From: Candidatus Poribacteria bacterium
Lineage (GTDB): Bacteria > Poribacteria > WGA-4E > PCPOR2b
Length of the DNA: 64,000 bases
Assembly: GCA_965215015.1 (NCBI GenBank)
Contig: OZ244042.1
Span: 4,384,001 to 4,448,000, forward strand
Direction: 5' to 3'
In this document: in pieces, positions 59,799 through 64,000 of the stretch
Numbering within the stretch: position 1 is the stretch's first letter
Layout: each line of letters opens with the position of its first letter
The notes under the pieces: model-generated
Database searches by the model: none
What the model was told of the DNA's origin: nothing
The model's input: only the letters and a program-made list of their open reading frames with translations
Made by a program: the position numbers and the translations under genes

Positions 59799-60584
59799 CT
59801 ACGCCCAAATCTTGCTTTCACGCCCTTCCACCCGATGATCATACAATAATTTTGTATCTTCTGGAAACGTATCGAAAACCTCCGCCGGAATAGGTGCTTG
59901 ATTGACGCCGTAGAGCTCCAAATTGAGCCACCACGGTGCATAGCGCACTACCACTGCAGTTCGCGGTTTTTCACTAGGACTGGCTGCATTTGAATGCCAG
60001 ATACGGCTATCCATTATCAGTACGCTGCCGGCGTCGCCTGTCGCTTGCAATTCGCCCGGAATTGGGGCGAACTCATCGATACCATCGTTTTCGCCCCTCG
60101 GATTTTTCTGACTTACATGGGTGCCGGGTACAACCCATGTGCCACCGTTGCTGGTTGTGAACGGGGTGAGCATCCACAATGTTGTGATGCCGAGGGCCGC
60201 CTTGGGAAAAGGTTGGCTAACATGCCACGGCTGTTTGAGGTCGTGTGGGAAGTCCGAATGATAAGCGCGGTTCAGCTCGTAGTGTGGTGGGCGAATCTTG
60301 TATTCGGTTTGGGAGATTCGTACTTGCGGTCCCAATATCGCTTTAACGACGTTTAACAGGCACTTGTTAGATAGGTGGGGTGCTAAGGACGGGAAAAAGG
60401 CGATAACATTTTTGGACCATCGATCATGTTCTTCGCTAAATTTTTTATATAATGGCTCAGATGTCTCTACCTCTTCACGTACCGCATCCACTTCATCTGC
60501 GGGGATAACGCCTTCTATCACACACCATCCCTCTTGCTCCAACTGTGTAACATACTTATCGGTTGCCCGATCTAATCTATCCAT
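59799..60584 (-). CDS. PhyH-family dioxygenase
   Basis: EGWCVIEGV, YHSD, NGGTWVVPGTH, WHS. Confidence 0.88.
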   Translation of the reverse strand: MDRLDRATDKYVTQLEQEGWCVIEGVIPADEVDAVREEVETSEPLYKKFSEEHDRWSKNVIAFFPSLAPHLSNKCLLNVVKAILGPQVRISQTEYKIRPPHYELNRAYHSDFPHDLKQPWHVSQPFPKAALGITTLWMLTPFTTSNGGTWVVPGTHVSQKNPRGENDGIDEFAPIPGELQATGDAGSVLIMDSRIWHSNAASPSEKPRTAVVVRYAPWWLNLELYGVNQAPIPAEVFDTFPEDTKLLYDHRVEGRESKIWA

Positions 60585-60622
60585 AACATATACTCCCTTT
60601 CTTGAAAACTAGTTGAAAAACT

Positions 60623-61101
60623 TTAACGATACGTCAAGCGCGGTTCCTCACGCCGCTTCTTTAAACCGCTGACAATGATCTTGTTGTTCGGTTCCTTAGC
60701 GTCTATCCCGACAGGTTTCATCTCCAACGCATGGTAACCGATCCGGACTGATTTTCGCCATTGGTCTGTCTGGTTGACGTTGGACCAGTGAATCGTGCAA
60801 TAGCTGAAGAAGATGACGTCCCCTGCCTTGGCAGGGATTGGCACGGTTTCGATTTTGTCCGGATGGTACTTCTCAGGGGGTAGATACGAACGGGTATGCT
60901 CCCCAGTGATGTGCTCAAGGGGCCCATTAGTATGGCTGCCGGGAACAATGCACAGACAACCGCTGCTTTCCTCCCCCACCAGTCTTCGATTATCAAGTTC
61001 ATGGCAGAGTTTAACTCCTTAACCTCTTCCTGTGTGAAGAGGTCCTTAACCTTGAGATAGCCGTCCTGTTTATATGCTTCGACCTGCTTTTCGGTCAGCA
61101 T
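60623..61101 (-). pseudogene. PhyH-family dioxygenase with internal deletion/frameshift
   Basis: N-terminus MLTEKQVEAYKQDGYL joined out of frame to EESSGCLCIVPGSH...AGDVIFF..TIHWS; HxD region missing. Confidence 0.75.
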
Positions 61102-61131
61102 CTTTTTCCCTCCTCGCCTATGAAATAACGG

Positions 61132-62154
61132 CTATGCTGCGAGTGCTTCCATCTGTTGGGTATATTTGCCGTAACGCGCAGCACTGTTACACTTTGCTCG
61201 ATGGTAAAAGATTTTCTGCGCCTTGGAGGCATTGGCAGCATTTCCACCCCATGCTTCAAGCGTTGGACCCTGCAGTGCCCGGCCATAAGAGAAGCTAAGC
61301 TCCCAGGGGCAGTTACCTATGGCGTTCATGGCGTTGAGATGTTCTGTTGCCAATTTCGCACTTTGACCACCGGAGAGGAAGACAATCCCAGGCACCGCGG
61401 TGGGTACAGCTCGGCGGAAACAGCGCACAGTTGCCTCGGCGACCTCTTGGACACCTGCTTGCACCGGGCAGTTCGTCCCCGATAGAACCATATTGGGCTT
61501 GAGCAGTGTTCCCTCAAGGATAACGCGGTGTGCATGGAGTTCAAAATAGACGCGCTTCAATGTTGCTTCCGTTATCTCCTCGCAACGTTCGATAGTGTGA
61601 GTTCCCTCCATCAACACCTCCGGCTCAACAATGGGGACCAGTCCAACCTCTTGACAGATGGCTGCGTAACGCGCTAGCGCATGGGCATTGGCATCAATAC
61701 CAGAGCGCGTCGGAAGACCATCACCGACGTTGATAACAGCTCGCCACTTACCGAATTTTGCTCCGAGTTCTCGGTATTCGGCGAGGCGTTCACGAAGTCC
61801 GTCAAGCCCCTCCGTCACTGTTTCGCCGGGGAAGCCAGCGAGATCTTTTGGACCAGTGTCAGCCTTGATGCCGGATATAATGCCTTTGTTCGTAAGCAGT
61901 TCGGGAAAAGGTGTACCGTCTTGCGTTGTCTGACGGAGGGTCTCTTCAAACAGAATGACGCCGCTGATAAATTCTTCTGTTCCCGGTGTAGTGAACAACA
62001 TCTCGCGGTAGGCACGACGATTAGTCTCAGTGCATTCAACGTTAATACTATCGAAACGCCTTTTGATAGTAGCGGAACCCTCATCCGCGGCGAGGATACC
62101 TTTGCCCGCAGGAACGAGTGCTTGGGCGATAGACTCAAGTTCGTAAGTTTTCAT
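61132..62154 (-). CDS. Fructose-bisphosphate aldolase class I (eukaryote-like type)
   Basis: GKGILAADE, KWRAV, LVPIVEPEV, Schiff-base LLKPNMV, FLSGGQS, SFSYGRALQ. Confidence 0.95.
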   Translation of the reverse strand: MKTYELESIAQALVPAGKGILAADEGSATIKRRFDSINVECTETNRRAYREMLFTTPGTEEFISGVILFEETLRQTTQDGTPFPELLTNKGIISGIKADTGPKDLAGFPGETVTEGLDGLRERLAEYRELGAKFGKWRAVINVGDGLPTRSGIDANAHALARYAAICQEVGLVPIVEPEVLMEGTHTIERCEEITEATLKRVYFELHAHRVILEGTLLKPNMVLSGTNCPVQAGVQEVAEATVRCFRRAVPTAVPGIVFLSGGQSAKLATEHLNAMNAIGNCPWELSFSYGRALQGPTLEAWGGNAANASKAQKIFYHRAKCNSAARYGKYTQQMEALAA

Positions 62155-62406
62155 GGATGCAGACTCCTTTTAATAGTGTGAGGTATGCAGATAGATTAAG
62201 TAGATAGACAGAAATTCTTGTGCTTATATCCGGGGTCGATTTCACAGCTAATAACCAATGGTGCTAGTTTACAATTGTTGAGACACTTTCCGGTCAAAAG
62301 CCAAGTGCGAAACGTGAAGGTATGGCGCAATGCACCCATGCCCCCCTGTACTGTTTACCGCTTGAGCGATGTGTAAACGATAGCCTCACCAGCTCGCGCC
62401 AAAGGT

Positions 62407-63444
62407 TTAATACTCTCGTTCAATAAGAAAATCGATTAGATGCAGAAAGATATCTTTGGCTTGGGTTGCCGGCAAATAGGAAAATGTCTGATTAAACTGG
62501 GTATATGCCTCCTGTGCGAGTGTCTTGGCACGTTGCTGAGCGTACTGAATCGATTCATAATCTTCCATGAGATTTAATACCTCTTGAATCTCATCCTGAT
62601 GTTTTTCTGCCCGGTGCTGACTCATAATTTTAATGATGCGGTTTGCCTCCATCTGTGAGCAAACATTCAGCAGGTGGATGAGAATAAGGGTACGCTTTCC
62701 TTCGCTGATGTCTCCCGCAATCTCTTTTCCATACAGCTTTTCTTCACCGATGAGGTTGAGGACATCATCCTGAATCTGGAAGGCAACCCCAAGGTTCATG
62801 CCGATATCGACGAATAGGTCTATCTCGTTTTTGGACACCCCCGCGATGCGTGCACCGACGCGACAGGGGGTAATGCAGGTGTAAGAAGCAGTTTTCTTGA
62901 TACACATCGTCCAGTAGTCCGCTTCCGTTAGATCCCAGCGATTACTCTCAACCCAACTCAATTCAATGTGTTGCCCTTCGACGATACTATTGCTGAGTTT
63001 CGCAAATTCCGACGCAATCTCAAAGGCGAGTTCATATCCGAGCAGATCTGCGTTTCGGTTCAGCATCTCCCACATTTTACAGTGAAGTCCATCGCCCACA
63101 TTAATAGCAATCGGAATCCCATATTTCTGGTGGAGGCACGGCTCCCCACGACGCAAGTCAGAACCGTCCTCAATATCGTCGTGGATCAGTGCCCAGTTTT
63201 GCAAGAGTTCAAGCGCGGCGGCGGTATTGATAGCCTTCTGTGGGTTTCCACCGAACGCCTCGCAAATCAACAGACAGATTGCTGGGCGTAACCCTTTGCC
63301 CGCTCGGAGCGGGTAGTCTAGCATCATTTGATAAAACTGATGCACTTCAGGGTGATCGTGCTCACTGGGTAGAAAATCAAAGATATGTGCATCAATTTGC
63401 TTTTTTGTCTCTTTGAGAAATTCGAGCGGCTGGACTTTTGACAT
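62407..63444 (-). CDS. Polyprenyl synthetase (GGPP synthase-like)
   Basis: GKGLRP, LIHDDIED..LRRG, GQ, KKT, FQIQDD. Confidence 0.92.
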   Translation of the reverse strand: MSKVQPLEFLKETKKQIDAHIFDFLPSEHDHPEVHQFYQMMLDYPLRAGKGLRPAICLLICEAFGGNPQKAINTAAALELLQNWALIHDDIEDGSDLRRGEPCLHQKYGIPIAINVGDGLHCKMWEMLNRNADLLGYELAFEIASEFAKLSNSIVEGQHIELSWVESNRWDLTEADYWTMCIKKTASYTCITPCRVGARIAGVSKNEIDLFVDIGMNLGVAFQIQDDVLNLIGEEKLYGKEIAGDISEGKRTLILIHLLNVCSQMEANRIIKIMSQHRAEKHQDEIQEVLNLMEDYESIQYAQQRAKTLAQEAYTQFNQTFSYLPATQAKDIFLHLIDFLIEREY

Positions 63445-63834
63445 AATGAGTTATTGCCTTCTCAAGAGGGGTTTGGTATAATGTTGTATAGGGAGGGAAA
63501 TCTTGCACGTGAAATTGCCTTGATATCGCTCTCTAAAATTATACCCTATGTTTCCTCAATTTTTCAATGCCTGAGTTCCACTCTTGTAAGAAATTATGGT
63601 GACAGTTTTCGGTAAGAATGGTATACTACTTTTTATGCACGGTCAACCTGTGTATCCTACACCGTCTGCCCTTAAATTATTCTTTCACTAAAACCTAGAA
63701 AATCTTTCTGCTTGTGGGAGCAGTCTCACGGCATCATGAATAAAGCGTGAAACCAAAGGGTAGGATTCAGTTGTTCTGTAATAGCTTGAGTTACTATTTT
63801 ATGTTTCATAGCGAACAGTATCAGGAGAAAGAAT

Positions 63835-64000
63835 ATGCCCAATGTAGCACCCGAACGGTTGCGTAAAATCACTGCGGACATCTTTGAAGCAGCAAATGTC
63901 CCCGCCGAAGAAGCACAGATTATCAGCGAAATCCTTGTAGATGCCAATCTTGCAGGACACGATTCACACGGTGTCATTCGCATTCCACAATATATGGGCT
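63835..64000 (+). CDS. Ldh_2 family oxidoreductase, partial
   Basis: MPNVAPERLR...LVDANLAGHDSHGVIRIPQY; AGGAG RBS; runs off the window. Confidence 0.85.
   Translation, partial: MPNVAPERLRKITADIFEAANVPAEEAQIISEILVDANLAGHDSHGVIRIPQYMG

Noticed and set aside
343-63983. Numerous 60-170 aa ORFs overlapping larger genes
   Set aside because: Antisense or alternate-frame shadows without motifs or RBS.
1-64000. tRNA, rRNA, prophage or intact transposase genes
   Set aside because: No cloverleaf/T-loop signatures, rRNA motifs, phage structural genes or DDE/HUH transposase ORFs were recognised.

Overview
64 kb of bacterial chromosome, most likely Candidatus Poribacteria or a relative (inferred from the recurrent C-terminal 'V-x-P-x-x-K-L-x-T-x-W-G-x-x-K' motif, several PhyH dioxygenases, DUF6785-type membrane proteins and FlgD-tailed secreted proteins). 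Most genes are catabolic or housekeeping (ggt, dehydrogenases, enolase-family enzyme, CE7 esterases, mutY, hisA, class I FBP aldolase, polyprenyl synthase), alongside secreted beta-propeller proteins and a 1915-aa alpha-2-macroglobulin. The accessory parts are: (i) an Eco57I-like adenine methyltransferase with a truncated upstream partner, an AT-rich specificity region and a downstream 228-bp tandem array; (ii) an AT-rich cassette encoding an ART/Tse2-like protein and a DUF6575-like protein; (iii) a perfect 13-8-13 loxP-like site just upstream of an unannotated, decayed Cre-like recombinase; (iv) a DUF2089 HTH gene coupled to a sigma54 activator that has no HTH, both with SHOCT-like helices (possible split enhancer-binding system); (v) a non-autonomous IS200/IS605-like element and several modular MITE/REP families, two of which sit in frame inside genes. 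No rRNA, tRNA or CRISPR array was seen. Family assignments come from motif recognition only; no searches were run.
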